Source: Camelus dromedarius (taxonomy: Eukaryota). Taken from it: a DNA stretch of 64,000 bases. Under the pieces are notes generated by a model. It worked only from the letters and a program-made list of their open reading frames with translations. It was not told the origin of the DNA and searched no databases. Of the stretch, positions 13,109 to 25,425 are shown piece by piece; positions within the stretch are counted from its first letter, which is position 1; every line of letters begins with the position of its first letter. The position numbers and the translations under genes were made by a program. The stretch spans positions 99,264,001-99,328,000 of the forward strand of contig NC_087436.1 of the NCBI RefSeq assembly GCF_036321535.1. Reading direction: 5' to 3'.

Positions 13109-13479
13109 GATGTGATTATTGTGCAAATTAAGCATTAATTGGCAAAACGTCTCTCTCTATGTATATATAAATTGAATAGCATTTTGCTCTCTATTGAAAT
13201 TTTATCAGAAAAATACTCATAGAGATACAAAAGACACACAGTATAAATAAATTTTGTATATTCCACTCATAACAGATCTATAATGATGCCTATCTAAAGT
13301 CCAAATGCTGCCATAGAAGATGCATGAGTAGCGAACTTACCATATGCTCCATTGAAAGATAATTATTTATTCATCCTTCTACCCAATTGATAAAGCAAAC
13401 AGAGAGTATATCTTAACCAAGATACCTTTTTTCATAATTTAGGAAACTGTAACTCAAAATGTTTAATAAAAACCCCTTT

Positions 13480-13650
13480 GATTCCCCAATATTTTCACGT
13501 CTGAATTTTCTCATTCAGATCGCAACTCAAATGTTCCCTCCTTAAAAAGGTCTTCCCTGACATTCCTATGTAAAATTTAGAGCTTACTCTTCATCCTCCA
13601 AATTCTTTCTATTCCTTTGCCCTGTTCCATTGTCTGCTCAACACTCTACA
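13480..13650 (+). mobile_element. L2 3' fragment (left part, split by nested insertions)
   Basis: TCATTCAGATCGCAACTCAAATGTTCCCTCCTTAAAAAGGTCTTCCCTGAC resembles the L2 3' region. Confidence 0.6.
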
Positions 13651-13693
13651 AGACAATATAACATAATGGTTAAGATTTTAGCCACAAGAAACA

Positions 13694-15061
13694 AATTGGA
13701 AAACAAACAATGTAATTAAAAAGTGGGCAAATGATCTGCACACCTCACCAAGAGGATCTATAATTGGCAAAAACTGCATGTGAAAAAATGTTCATCGTTA
13801 TATGTCATTAGGGAATAGCAAAGTAAAACAAGTTTCCACTACATATCTTTCAGAAAAACTAAAATTAAAAAAAAATAATAATAAAAACATCTAATGCCAG
13901 CCAGGATGTAGAGCAAAAGGAACTCTCATTTATTGCTGTTGGGAGTGCAAAATGATACAGCCACTTTGGAAGCTAATTTGGCAATTTCTTAAATAACTAA
14001 ATGAGTCTTATTATACAGTCCAGCAATTGTACTCCTTAGTACTTTCCCAAATGAATTAAAAAGAACTTGCACACAAATGCTTATAGCAACCTATTCAAAA
14101 CTGACAAAAAACTAGAAGCAGCCAAGCTATCATTCAAAAGGTAAATAGATAAGCTATGGTAAATTCATCTAATCAATTATTTCAGCAACAGAAAGAAATA
14201 AGCTATCAAGGCATGAAAAGACATAGAGGAACAGTAAATGTATGTTGTTTAGTAATAATAATAATTTAAAAAAAGCCAGTCTGTCAAGGCTATATACTAT
14301 ATACTATAGACTGAATGTATCCTCTCAAAATTTATACATTGAAACCTAATTCCCAATGTGGTGATATTTGAAGGTAGGGCCTTTGGGGATGACTATATCA
14401 TGGGCATGGAGCCCCCTTGAATAGGATTAGATCCCTTACAAAAGAGATCCCTTGCTCCCTTCTGCCATGTGAGGACACAGAGAAAAGATGTTCATTAACC
14501 AGGAAGTGGGCTCTCAGTAGACACCGAATCTGCCAGCATCTTGATCTCGGATTTCTCAGCCTCCAGAACTGTGACAAATAAATATTTGTTTAAGTCTCCC
14601 AGTTTGTGGTATCTTTGTTACAGCTGCCTGAACAAAATACTGTATAATTTCAATTACGTGACATTCTGAAAAAGGCAAAATTATAGAGACAGTAAAAAGA
14701 TCAGTGGTTGCCAGAAAGAAAGGGACAGGGGGATAAAGAGGTGAAGCTCAGGGGATATTTAGGAAATTATTCTGTAATATTATAATGTATATGCACATTA
14801 TATATTTGTCAAAACTCATAAAGCTGTACAACACAAAGAGTGAGCCCTAATGCAAACTATGGCCTTTAGTTAATAACAGTATATCAATACCGATTAATTA
14901 ATTATAACAAATATACCACACTGATGCAAGTTGTTAATAATAGAGGAAATTATGAATGAATGAGAGAGAAGGTATATAGGAAGGAACTCTCTATATTATC
15001 TGCTTGATTTTCTATAAATCTAAAACCCAAAAATGAAGTATATTAATTAAAAAATCAAAGA
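13694..15061 (+). mobile_element. Old L1 (L1MC-like) 3' end, interrupted by a MaLR LTR
   Basis: Degenerate ORF2 end (CCAGGATGTAGAGCAAAAGGAACTCTCATTTATTGCTG) and L1MC-type 3'UTR (GAGTGAGCCCTAATGCAAACTATGG...AACAAATATACCACACTGATGCAAG). Candidate TSD AAGAAACA at 13686-13693 and 15062-15069. Confidence 0.85.
14302..14639 (+). mobile_element. MaLR solo LTR (MLT1A-like)
   Basis: TACTATAGACTGAATG...CCTAATTCCCAATGTG...CTTCTGCCATGTGAGGACACAG...CAGCCTCCAGAACTGTGACAAATAAA...GGTATCTTTGTTACAGC; candidate 5-bp TSD CTATA/CTGTA. Confidence 0.9.
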
Positions 15062-15069
15062 AAGAAACA

Positions 15070-15250
15070 CATTGCCAATCTTGAAGCTCACCAACAATTT
15101 AACATATATGTGTCTAAGTTTCTTAACCTGAATTATGTAAGTGATATTTCCTATCTGACAGTGTGGTTGTGAACATCAAATAGACTTATGCATGTAAATA
15201 TTATAGAAAAATGTCTGTCACATAATAAGAACCCAGTAAAAGTTGGCTTT
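15070..15250 (+). mobile_element. MIR SINE (main part; 5' piece at ~13650-13690)
   Basis: Degenerate MIR core AAGTTTCTTAACCTG...GTGGTTGTGAACATCAAATAGACTTATGCATGTAAA...GTCACATAATAAG. Confidence 0.6.
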
Positions 15251-15259
15251 GACAGTATC

Positions 15260-15437
15260 ATCCCCATTGAAAATGCTCTTCCTCATTTTTATTTTTGATT
15301 GTCAGTTTTCTGCCTGCTTCTTAGATTAATCTGTAGGTACAGGAATATTTTCTGTCCTGTTCATGGTTAAAACAATAGAAATTTGTATACTAACTGATAT
15401 GTAGTAGGATTCAATAAATATTTGTTGAGGGAATAAA
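15260..15437 (+). mobile_element. L2 3' terminus
   Basis: GTACAGGAATATTTTCTGTCCTGTTCA...GTAGTAGGATTCAATAAATATTTGTTGA. Confidence 0.6.
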
Positions 15438-15879
15438 AAGATGTCAAGTGCAGTGTTGTTATTACTAGTTTAATAATGAAATAAATTGCTATCACTTGGC
15501 TAGGGTAATTAATCTTGATAGTCATTTCTGCTTCTGAATTAAATATAAATTTAAAGTCTTAAAATATTTAACATTTAAATATTACTCTTCTTGTAATACC
15601 ATAAATTCTGCTTCCCTAAATTACATTTTAAATGTGCAAATCCCCCTCACCCAGTTATAAAGTGTTCATTTAATCTATTACTCCATTGCTATGGTTTTAT
15701 AAACAATTCTGTGATTATTTAACCAGGGAGTTCTGCTCTCATCTTTCACAGGAATCTTTTTCAAGAAAAGCCATCAACTTGTACTAGTCATGTGGCATAT
15801 AAAGGATCATTAAAATGCTTTAAAGACAGATGTCCTTTAATAAATAAGGAATTTCTGTCCTGAATACTGGTTTGCAGTA

Positions 15880-16100
15880 TGGCATATGGATACTGACACA
15901 TGAATGTGAAACTTATCCTTACCAATTTATGGCTGAAAGTGAGATCTTGGGCTACTGCTCAGAATCCTTATCCACTGAGATAATAATAGTACCAAATTCA
16001 CAGAATGAACTGAAGGCAACATAAGCTAACAAACAGACATATATGTAAGTATCACAGAACAGAACCTGGTATATAGCAAGAATTCAACAAATGAAAAATA
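15880..16100 (+). mobile_element. MIR SINE
   Basis: CTGCTCAGAATCCTTATCCACTGAGATAATAATAGTACC...AGAACAGAACCTGGTATATAGCAAGAATTCAACAAATG. Confidence 0.55.
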
Positions 16101-18444
16101 CTATTTAAAAAACACTTAATTGAAATGGAAAAAATACATGTCAGATGGAGACAATCTTCTTATTCTAATGTTTGACAAGAAAACACATTTGAAGTGCCAA
16201 GTAACAATTAGGTCAACTGATTATTAATGAAGCCTTTATTTTCATCACAAGGTTTTTATGTCAATTCTTTGCTCAGTTCTCTGGCCTTAGATTGCTAATT
16301 TATCTCCAGCTCACAATCTCAGATACCCTTCCTATTAATAATAATTTTTTATTGAGCAAGAACATACATAGGTGAATGACAATCTATCACAATCGCCAAG
16401 GGAACCACCATGATCCTGGTAAACAGCAAAGCCCAGGTGAGCCAGTATTGCTAAAACAGAGTAAAGACAAGCCTGATGGATCGCCTTCTGGAGAAAAAAT
16501 AATTAAAGGAGAGTCTTCTGGCAGTGTTCAACCTAAAAGACAGCATGTTCTAAAAAACTTTTCATAATACTAATATAAGGATTTATATCCAAGAGATTTC
16601 AACATAAGGGTTGCATCTCAGAAAATATTACCAAATACCGTATGTATCTATGCAATTAATAAGATAAACTAGGCCTTATATACACATACTTGTTGAGATC
16701 TGTCAAGAAAGGAAGTGTATACAGGTTAGTCTTTGAGTTACTGAAGACAGGAACTGAGAAGCCTGCTAATTTATCCTAATTGTTTTGAACTAAGAAATTG
16801 CCTGTTTATCCTTAAAGTACCCAATATTAAAACAAATAAAAACCAGAAACATACAACTAGAAGACAAGAGTAACTGAATCACAATGAACAGAACATAATT
16901 TGTATTAAGAATAAGGCAAATATGTATACCAACCATGAACTAATTAATTCATAACCAAGTGATTAATAACTGTTAATCACAAGAGTCACATTACATGGTA
17001 CATTTTTTAAATACTCACTCACTTTGAGATCACCTCAGTTTTTCGCTTGTTTTTAACCCAGACGCATCTTCAAGTATTTCTAAGGAAACATCCTGAAAAA
17101 AGGTAGATCCAAACAATATTAGAAACAGTAAATTAAAATTCCAATTTGTAAACCACACTTCTCTCATTTCTGTTTGGATAGTCATACTTCTAAGGGGGGT
17201 GGTTCCCAAATTATGAATATTTAAATTTTGAAAAATCATTAATATATAAAACTCCACATGAGAAAAGGCAGAAGATTAAAACTGAAAGGTAAGTTTCTAC
17301 TCTAGCTTGGCTTTCTCACTGAAACAACTAAAATAATAAAAATTAATCCACTTAGAATCTTTATCTTGTTTCTTTGCTCTTTTCTTCTTCACCTTGTCTT
17401 GGCACTATGGGTCTCCAGAACTCAATTACTCTCTAAAAATATTCAAGCAAATGAAGCTATTTTAGGTTCTAACTTCATGAGAAACTTGGCTAGATGTCAA
17501 AGAGTGCCATCATCTCACCCACCTCGCCCCTCTTTCTCCATCATTAAACACGTGGTTCCTAACCCAGTTCTGTTCGACTTGAAAACCTTTGGCCTTAGTA
17601 CCAAAGAGAGTGAGATGATGAGTTGCAGGAGGGGCTGCTGGAAGATGCAGAAGGTATAAGATTGCAGAGGAAATTCAAGACTTAATGTAGGAATCATGAG
17701 AAAAATGTGCTTGTTTTTGTCCATAGTTGGAAACAACACACTTTCTCATGCTGATACACAGTCCTCTCTACCTCTGTCATAACTGTGTGGTTGTGGGGAT
17801 GAACCCAGTATTTGATCTTGTTTGGAATAAATGCTATATTCTTAAATATTCCAGTTAGCAATTTTTTTTTTTTTGGTATTAACAAAGATATGTCATTATC
17901 AAGCATTGCCTTAGGCTTATATTTACTATAGAAATTGAAAAAAGGAAATTATTACAAATAGCTAACTGATACATACACACACATGTACACATCGCAAACA
18001 TTTGAAATATAAGTTTAGAATTGGGGAATGGATTTCTACAGAGATAGTATATTGTCTGTTAATATTCTTTAGTATCATCTTCTATATTACATATAAAATC
18101 TTGTTACTATACACTTATTTATTTTTATGTTTCTCACCTTACACAATTTTAAAATCCATAAGGGTAGGGATTTACCCAGGACACAAGTGCTCAAAATTAC
18201 CTACTGGAAGAACAGGAAGATAAGGCATCTGTGGATCTCAAAAAAAGGCAACCACTGAGCTAACAGCTTACTTGGCTAAAAGCAAGGATCGTGTTGATCA
18301 TATGGCAAGCTATCTGCTGTACAATGGTTTATTAATTACGTGGTAAGATTCCCAACCGATGAAATTGTTTTACTTCCTAGACCCAGATTATGGTAATAAA
18401 TATGAAAGAGTCTGTGTTAATATTACCCAGAATTTATTTGGCAA

Positions 18445-18672
18445 TTGTGTATTTAGTGTTTGATATAGGCCAGGCAGAATTACAAATAATTCATTTAATC
18501 CTCACCAGAGTCAACTGCTATGACTGTATTATTACCATTCCATTTTACAAATAAAATAAATGGAAACATAGAAGGTCTAGAAAACTTTCCCAGTATCACC
18601 AAACTAAAGTGTTGAGACTAAAAATCCAAACCCTGGAAGTCTAATTCAAAAATCTATCTTTTAAACCACTCT
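18445..18672 (-). mobile_element. MIR SINE
   Basis: TCATTTAATCCTCAC...ATTATTACCATTCCATTTTACAAAT...AACTTTCCCAG...TTTTAAACCACT, the reverse-strand MIR core. Confidence 0.7.
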
Positions 18673-18899
18673 CTGTTATCTCTGCATCCTTCATATTGTC
18701 TTTCTGTAACAGTAAATAAAATAAAAGTTCCACTAATACATTTAGTATTTTGTTATTCTTTCCAATCTCTAAAGCAGACTTTATTTACATTTATATTTAT
18801 TGTGGTTTATAAACATATACATTTTATATAAATCAAAATTATTCCAGTTAAGGAATCAGAATGCATATGTAAAAATGAAATAATGAGATTAACAGCAGT

Positions 18900-19060
18900 T
18901 CCTTCATTCATTTATTCATACTTTCAACTACCCCCCCCCAAATCCAATAAACATTTTTTAGCATTTATTATGTGCCAAACCTGGGTGAGACATTAGGGGC
19001 ACAAGAGTGAATAAGTGAGGTGTCATGCGTGCTTTCATAAAGCTCACACTTTATGAGAAA
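18900..19060 (-). mobile_element. L2 3' fragment
   Basis: TTCATTCATTTATTCAT...AGCATTTATTATGTGCCAAAC...GGGGCACAAGAGTGAATAAG. Confidence 0.6.
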
Positions 19061-20238
19061 GAGTGGCAAATCTGAAAAAAAAATAGCTATGAGAGTATGA
19101 ACATCTCTCTGTGTACTTCTCTGTCTGTCTGTCTGTCTGTCTCTTTCTCTGAGACTAGATCACCATCCAAAAAGCTTCTAGTATTTGGTCTCATAAAAAG
19201 TGAAGAAAATTGTTTTCTATTCTGGGTAACCAGCAATTATATTCTGTACCAATCTAATTGATAAAAATAATTCATTACATAGCTTTAATTTTATACTTTT
19301 AACTAAAATGAACTTGAATATATTTTCATGTATTATCAACTATTTATAATTTTTCTTCTTGTTACCCTTCTTTTTCTGCTTTCCTAAGGAATCTTCTAAC
19401 TGATGCATCACATGTGTTGATGAGCCTTTTGCAACTTCTAAGGAATAGAAGGATGATTACCATTCTCAGACTGTGTTGCATTTTCTAATAGATGATGGTA
19501 AATGGATCTAGACAAGAACAGACCAATTTTTCCTTCTGCCAACAAAAAGTATAGAGCCATTTACTACTCAGCAGGCCTAATGGTAGAGGTCTTTCATGGT
19601 CAGAAATAGACTTGAGACTATAAGCAATAATTAGAACAATGGAGGCAATATATACCAACCAATATCAGATTCCAGTGTGTATGTGCTATTTCCTTTGGGC
19701 ACACATTCAAGATATTAACTGAAATTAACACATTTACCAGTAAAACACTACTTTGAATATAATTAAACATATACACATTTAGTCCAGTAAGAATATTTCT
19801 GATGGTTTATCTTCCATGAAAAGTAGACAATTTAAGGGTTTGAGGAAACTTGGTCTCACAAAAGATAGAGTAAGAGCGGTAGGTGCCTTTAACCCTGGGT
19901 TCATAACCTCAGGAAAGACAGCTGTTTGGGTGTTTTTGTTTGGGAATCCTGCCCTCAGCAAACACATCTGATGTTCATTCATGGTCTCTTGGCTGCAAAT
20001 ACTCACAGCCATCTGTTAGGATGGCATGTTGCCTGTTTACAAGTTGGTGAGCCTGTTCTACTAGGAAATGGGTGCCAACAGTGTAAGTGTTTGGTTGGGT
20101 AGCTGTGTTGTCTTGCACAGAAATTGCCGTAACTAGACCATCCTCTGTGACAAGTATATTTTATTTGTGTGGGTTTTTTTTCTTTTCGTTAAAAACCTAT
20201 TTCATATGTTACCAACTTTTTTTAGAAAACAGGATATA

Positions 20239-20434
20239 CTGGCTGCACTTTTTGCTCCCTCCTCTTTGAAGATGGCCTGCACTTTGTCTATGATGAGTGT
20301 TTACCTACTTTTTCTTTAACCTGAGCACCCAACCCCCACATGTGGCCTTTCTTTTGCCTTCTGAAACAGCCTACACTCTATGCACTCTCTAAATGAATCT
20401 ACCTTTACTAAAAAAAAAAACAAAAAAAGAAAAA
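20239..20434 (+). mobile_element. Short polyadenylated retrocopy with TSD; body resembles the R region of an ERV1-class LTR
   Basis: TSD AGAAAACAGGATATA (20224-20238) / AGAAAGCAGGATATA (20435-20449), 14/15 identical and preceded by a T run. AATGAA at 20392-20397, A-rich tail 20410-20434. Confidence 0.75.
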
Positions 20435-22452
20435 AGAAAGCAGGATATATTTAGCCTAGCACAGCCTTGAGAGTTGCTTCTTTCTACAGATGCTATTTGT
20501 GTCTTTTAACTTGGTATGTAGACAAACAACAGACTACTACTGCCTTTTAAAAGTAACTGTCACTTGTATCTTGGTTAATTTCTCCCAGTACTACTTTGCT
20601 TTTACATATTACTGCAGTTTTATACTATTACTAGTTTATAGAATCCTGTACAATATATTATAGCTACATTTAGTCTCTAACTGTATTTCACAACTATCTT
20701 TCAATAAGCCTATATATTTCTGTTGTTTTTTAAAAAAATAAAACTTTGTGTTGATACAGAATGCAATAAAAAGTAAAGGGAACCAGTGAAGTCTATGCTA
20801 GTCTTGTGGCATAATAACTATAAAGACAAGAAAAAAAATCTAATAATTTTCTTTTAATATATCTTTTCATCATGGCCTCTCAGTTAACTTAGGAGATAGA
20901 TTTCTATAAGAAATATAATCCTCAAGTGTTTAATAAAGTATAATAAGTAAAAGAAAGGCATTTCTTAAAATGTTGTTATACTCATATTTGATTTCCTTAA
21001 AATATAAACTCAAAAAAGTATTTAATAACATCTAATCTACCTATGTTCCTGTTTATGTTCCTATGTTTATGTTCCTGTTATGATCATAAGTGTACTTCCT
21101 AATTTATAAATTCATGATAAAAATGAAAGGAAATCAATACCACTATTGTTCACCACACACTTTGTGAGTCAGGAATTATAAAATGAACTAAGCAGGATCT
21201 ATCAGAGGCAATAGAGGAACACAGTGAACTCATACTAAAGTTTTAAATCCAGATACCATTTGTCAGCAATGTCCCTTTGATGGAAATAAATGAAAATTAC
21301 CATGATCCCCACAGTCCATTCACTCTATCAGTTTCCTACTGTTGCTAAGGATTTCAAGTGCATGTCTGCCAGAGTTCAGGGAAAATATACCCATTATGAT
21401 CAGTGAGGGAATCTAACTTTAAATCCCTACCTAGTGTCTTACTGAATAAAACGGGATTTGTAAGGCACGGGCATTCCCTTGTCCTAGTATGGAAACAGTT
21501 CCGAGCAATCAGCTTGTTTGATGATTTACCTTAGTGCAACCTAATTCTTCTTTACTACTCCCAGATGATTGGGATGCTTCCCCTGCAAATAATTTTGCCC
21601 ATATTCCTACAGAGAGCAAAGTCTGAAAAGTTATCCAAATGTTGCCTAACAAAAATCCAGCACAAAGCAATGCCACTTAATGTGTTTTTATTTCTCCTTA
21701 GAAGCTTTTCAGTCTAGCATGTGGTGTTATTTTATTTTTAAATACCATTTTGTTCTTGACCACTTTAAAAATTTTTCCACCTTCTTCTTGAAGGTAGAGG
21801 GAAATCAGAATAAATTTTTAGTTCTTCCCAAAATTAGAGGCACAAAGAAAAATATCCAGAAGGCATTATCCCACAGTTCAAGGCTTGTGGTAAATGAAAA
21901 TTTATAAATAAGGAAATTTAATCAATGTGAAGATGTGAAGAGACAGAAGTGTCTGGGTATTTTCACAGACGTTTACATAAGAAATTGGATATAGGGAACT
22001 GAATTGGAGGTAATGATTCAGGAAGTAATTATTTAAAAATAAGTTTTTGTACAGAAGAGTTATGCTGAAACAAATGTAAAAATGAAAGGATTTTATGTGC
22101 ATAAAATCTAAATAGAGATAAAAATTTGCAGGATTAAAAGAGCCCATAAATTTAAATATCTATATAAATACTCAGTAGAACCACTGCCACTTCATTTTAC
22201 TCTTTTTAAGATTTTTTTTGAAATGACATCTTCAATAATTTCTTATACTTGTCTTACAAAGTCAAGATTCAGTGATTAGCTAGGATTCTCTTTTTTCTTC
22301 ATTATGGTATCATTCATTTACTCATTCCTTTACTTACTTGTTTATTCCATTGATCCTGTGTCTGATTTGGAGATTTGCTGGAGTTAAGAGGAAAGATTTA
22401 TACAAAGATCAATGACAGAAAAGAAGAATTTTTAATTTGTAAGTAAAAAGAA

Positions 22453-22907
22453 GCCTGCTACGTTGCTTGTGGTGGTGGAACAACGTACTACAACTTAGAG
22501 GGCTTAAACAACACACGTATATAGTCTCACAGCCTGCAGGTTAGAAATCTACAATCAGGATGCTGGCATAGCCCATTCCTTCTGACGACTATGACGACCT
22601 GTCACATGCCTCTCTCCTGGCTTCTACTGATCTCCTGGAAATCTTTGGTATTCTTTGGCATCTGCTTCATCACTCCAACTTCTGCCTTCATATTTACATG
22701 GCATTCTCCCTATGAGCATGTGTCTGTTCAAATGTCCTTTTTAAAAGACATCAGTCATTGGATTAGGTGCTCATCTTACTGCAGTATGATTTCATCATAA
22801 CTAATTACATCTACTATGTAATGTTTCTAAATAAGGTATTATTCTAAGGTACTGAAGGTTAGGATTCCAGCCTATGAATTTTGGGAGACATAATTCAACC
22901 TATAATA
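22453..22907 (-). mobile_element. MaLR solo LTR (MLT1B/C-like)
   Basis: GGCTTAAACAACAC...TCTCACAG...CAGTCATTGGATTAGG...TAACTAATTACATCT...GGTTAGGATTCCAGCCTATGAATTTTGGGAGACATAATTCAACCTATAA. Confidence 0.9.
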
Positions 22908-23319
22908 AAATCTATCACCATATCGCATTAATTATCCTATAACAATGTGCTATTTCTATAGCAGCACAGGGAAAGGGATGATTAACTGACAAGGAAAATA
23001 TGAAAGGCCACACAGAGTGGTGTATAATCTAGAAAGTATTGAAGCATGAGTATGCAATCACCAGGGAGTTGAAAAGGATTATATGAATTCCAGGTAGTAG
23101 GAATAGCATGTGACAATTTACAGACGTGTTAAAAGAGTGGCTCCTGATGGTGCATCATGGACAAACTTAGAATCCTTGGGGAAGAAATGGGTGAAAATAA
23201 TACATTAAAAGGAAAACTAATAAATCATGATGAGCATGAGTAAGCAATATATCAGAAGCTCCTTTCAGAGCTTATAGTTTGGTACCAAATACATACTGCG
23301 ATTGCCAGAAAAGACTTAG

Positions 23320-24203
23320 ATTCATTCATTATTCATTCATTCATTCACTCATTCAATAAATATTTATTTAGCATCTACAAGATTCCAAGGCATAGTCTAG
23401 TTGCTAGTCTCATACCAGTGAATAAGAGGATAAATGTCTCAGTCTAATAGAGCTAAAAATAAACAAGTTAGCAAGACAATATGTGAATTGACATAAGGTA
23501 ATAAATTTTACTGAGATATATGAAGCAAAGTAAGAGGGATAGAAAGGGTAATTAGCTACAGTGCACATTGATATTTTGTACTGGATGATCAAAAGGAGCC
23601 TTAAATGATAAGGTGGAATTTGAAAAGCAATACAAAGAAAGAAAGGGACCAATCATGTAACTATGCCTCAGGCAAAGGAAAAGTCAATGTGAAAGCCCTA
23701 AGGGGAAAGCCTGCTCAGTATTTTACAAAAATAGCAATAAAGCCCTTTTAACTGAAGCAGACTGATTAACAGCAGTTAAATTCAGAGAGTTGGGGAGTAC
23801 TGTCACAAGGGACAGAATATATAGGGTCTTAGGGATGGAAAAGCCTACATCTTTTTTTTTCCTCTGAGTGAGAAAAAAAGCCTGGGTGGGGGCAGGGAAC
23901 CTTAATTCAAAAAGACACATGCACCCCAATGTTCATAGCAGCACTATTTACAATAGTCACGATATGGCAACAACCTAAATGCCCATGAACAGATGATTGG
24001 ATAAAGAAGTTGTGGTATATTTATACAATGGAATACTACTCAGCCATAAAAGATAATAAAATAATGCCATTTGCAGCAACATGGATGGGTCTGGAGATTG
24101 TCATTCTAAGTAAGCCAGAAAGAGAAAGAAAAAATACCATATGGAAAAAGTCAAAGGCAACAAATGTGGTTTTTTGATATTGGAAAGACTAAGTGTGATG
24201 AGG

Positions 24204-24234
<31 letters not shown>

Positions 24235-24900
24235 GTTTTGTTTTTGAGTTAGGGGATAGATAGGGTGAATGAAGAGTTTAAGAGAACTCAGATGTGGCAA
24301 CAGAAGGAAGGCAATATATAATGGAGAAAAATAAGTAGGCAGATAGACATGCAAGTTCTCTTTTGATTGCTTCTATCTACTCAGTGAAAGGAAAGACAAA
24401 GCCATATGCTGAAAATAAGGGTGAGGGAACAGGTACTAGAAATTGGAGAAAGGAAACAAAGTGATGAAACTGTCATCCAAGAAAACAGGAGAGAGTAAAC
24501 AGTAAAGGGAATGGCTATATAGCATGAGGGAGTTCTTGAGACCAGTTTCCATGGATTTAAAGTGAGATCAGTCAGCATGTCCATGTGAATTTTGACAACT
24601 GTATTCAGCTATGTTGGGACATATTGAGAGTAATGAAAAGTTGGATTTAACTAAAATTATCAGGCAAGTATGATGAAGCAAGATTGTGGCAAAGGATTCT
24701 AAAATGTATTCAATGGAGCAGTTTCAGTAACAGACCATGGAGTCTAAACTGAGACAGGAGAGTAAAGAGAACAGAAAGCAGAGGAAAGAAGGCAAAAGTC
24801 TTTGGATCAACAAACTGGTGTTGTGAGATGTTGACACTGTGACAGAAGAGACAGTAAACTGAAAAGAATGAAGGTGTTGTCAGAAAATGGGATACATGAA
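23320..24900 (-). mobile_element. L2 element, degenerate, interrupted by an L1 fragment
   Basis: Begins with the reverse-strand L2 tail (ATTC)n...AATAAATATTTATTAGCATCTAC and continues as purine-rich degenerate sequence; right boundary uncertain. Confidence 0.6.
23896..24143 (+). mobile_element. L1 ORF2 3' fragment lacking 3'UTR and poly(A)
   Basis: Clearly homologous to ~9817-10070 of the full-length L1 (GACACATGCACCCCAATGTTCATAGCAGCACTATTTACAA...ATGGAATACTACTCAGCCATAAA...AGCCAGAAAGAGAAAGAAAA). Confidence 0.92.
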
Positions 24901-25023
24901 ATTGATATTGTAAAGGAGATGCAATTATTGAAAATAATACAAACTGCAAATGATATGTTCTAGGTAAATCTGTATTGTTTAATATGGTAGGCACTAGCTA
25001 CATGTGTTTTTAAATGAAAATTA

Positions 25024-25425
25024 AGTATGTACCTTGAAGATATTAACGTTTGGTTCCAGCCCACTGTAAACAAGTAAATATTGCAATAAAATGAGTCACA
25101 TGAATTTTTTCGTCTCCTAGTGCATATAAAATCATGTTTACAGTGGGGAGGGTATAACTCAAGAGGTAGTGCACGTGCTTAGCATGAACGAGCCTGGGTT
25201 CAAGCCCCAGTACCTCCTGTAAAAATAAATAAATAAACCTAATTACCTCCCCCAGCAAAAAAACCCAAAAAAGTTATGTTTACAATATATTGTAGTCCAT
25301 TAAGTGTGCAATAGCATTATGTCTAAAAAAACAACGTGCAAACCTGCAATTATGTAAAGTTTATATATGGTTACAATTTATAAAAATGCAGTATCTGTGA
25401 AGCACCATAAAATTAGGTATGCCTC
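25024..25425 (-). mobile_element. Internally deleted Tigger1-like (Tc1/mariner-pogo) DNA transposon
   Basis: TACCTTGAAGATATT...GGTTCCAGCCCACTG...GAGTCACATGAATTTTTT...TAAGTGTGCAATAGCATTATGTCT and terminal GCAGTATCTGTGAAGC...AGGTATGCCTC followed by TA match both Tigger1 termini (from recall). Confidence 0.8.
25143..25269 (+). mobile_element. tRNA-Ala-derived SINE, camelid Vic-1-like
   Basis: GGGGAGGGTATAACTCAAGAGGTAG (A box)...CTTAGCATG...CTGGGTTCAAGCCCCAGTACCTCC (B box), AAATAAATAAATAAACCTAATTACCTCCCCC, A-rich tail. TSD AAAATCATGTTTACA (25128-25142) / AAAGTTATGTTTACA (25270-25284), 13/15 identical. Confidence 0.9.

Noticed and set aside
17240..17660. TATATAAA followed by AAG|gtaagt (17289) and a possible second exon (~17567-17653) as a plus-strand gene start
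   Set aside because: TATA-like strings are ubiquitous in this AT-rich DNA, the second donor is weak, and no product was recognised.
25143..25216. tRNA-Ala-like sequence as a tRNA gene
   Set aside because: Stems are degenerate, and it has a SINE-type tail and TSD, so it is a SINE.
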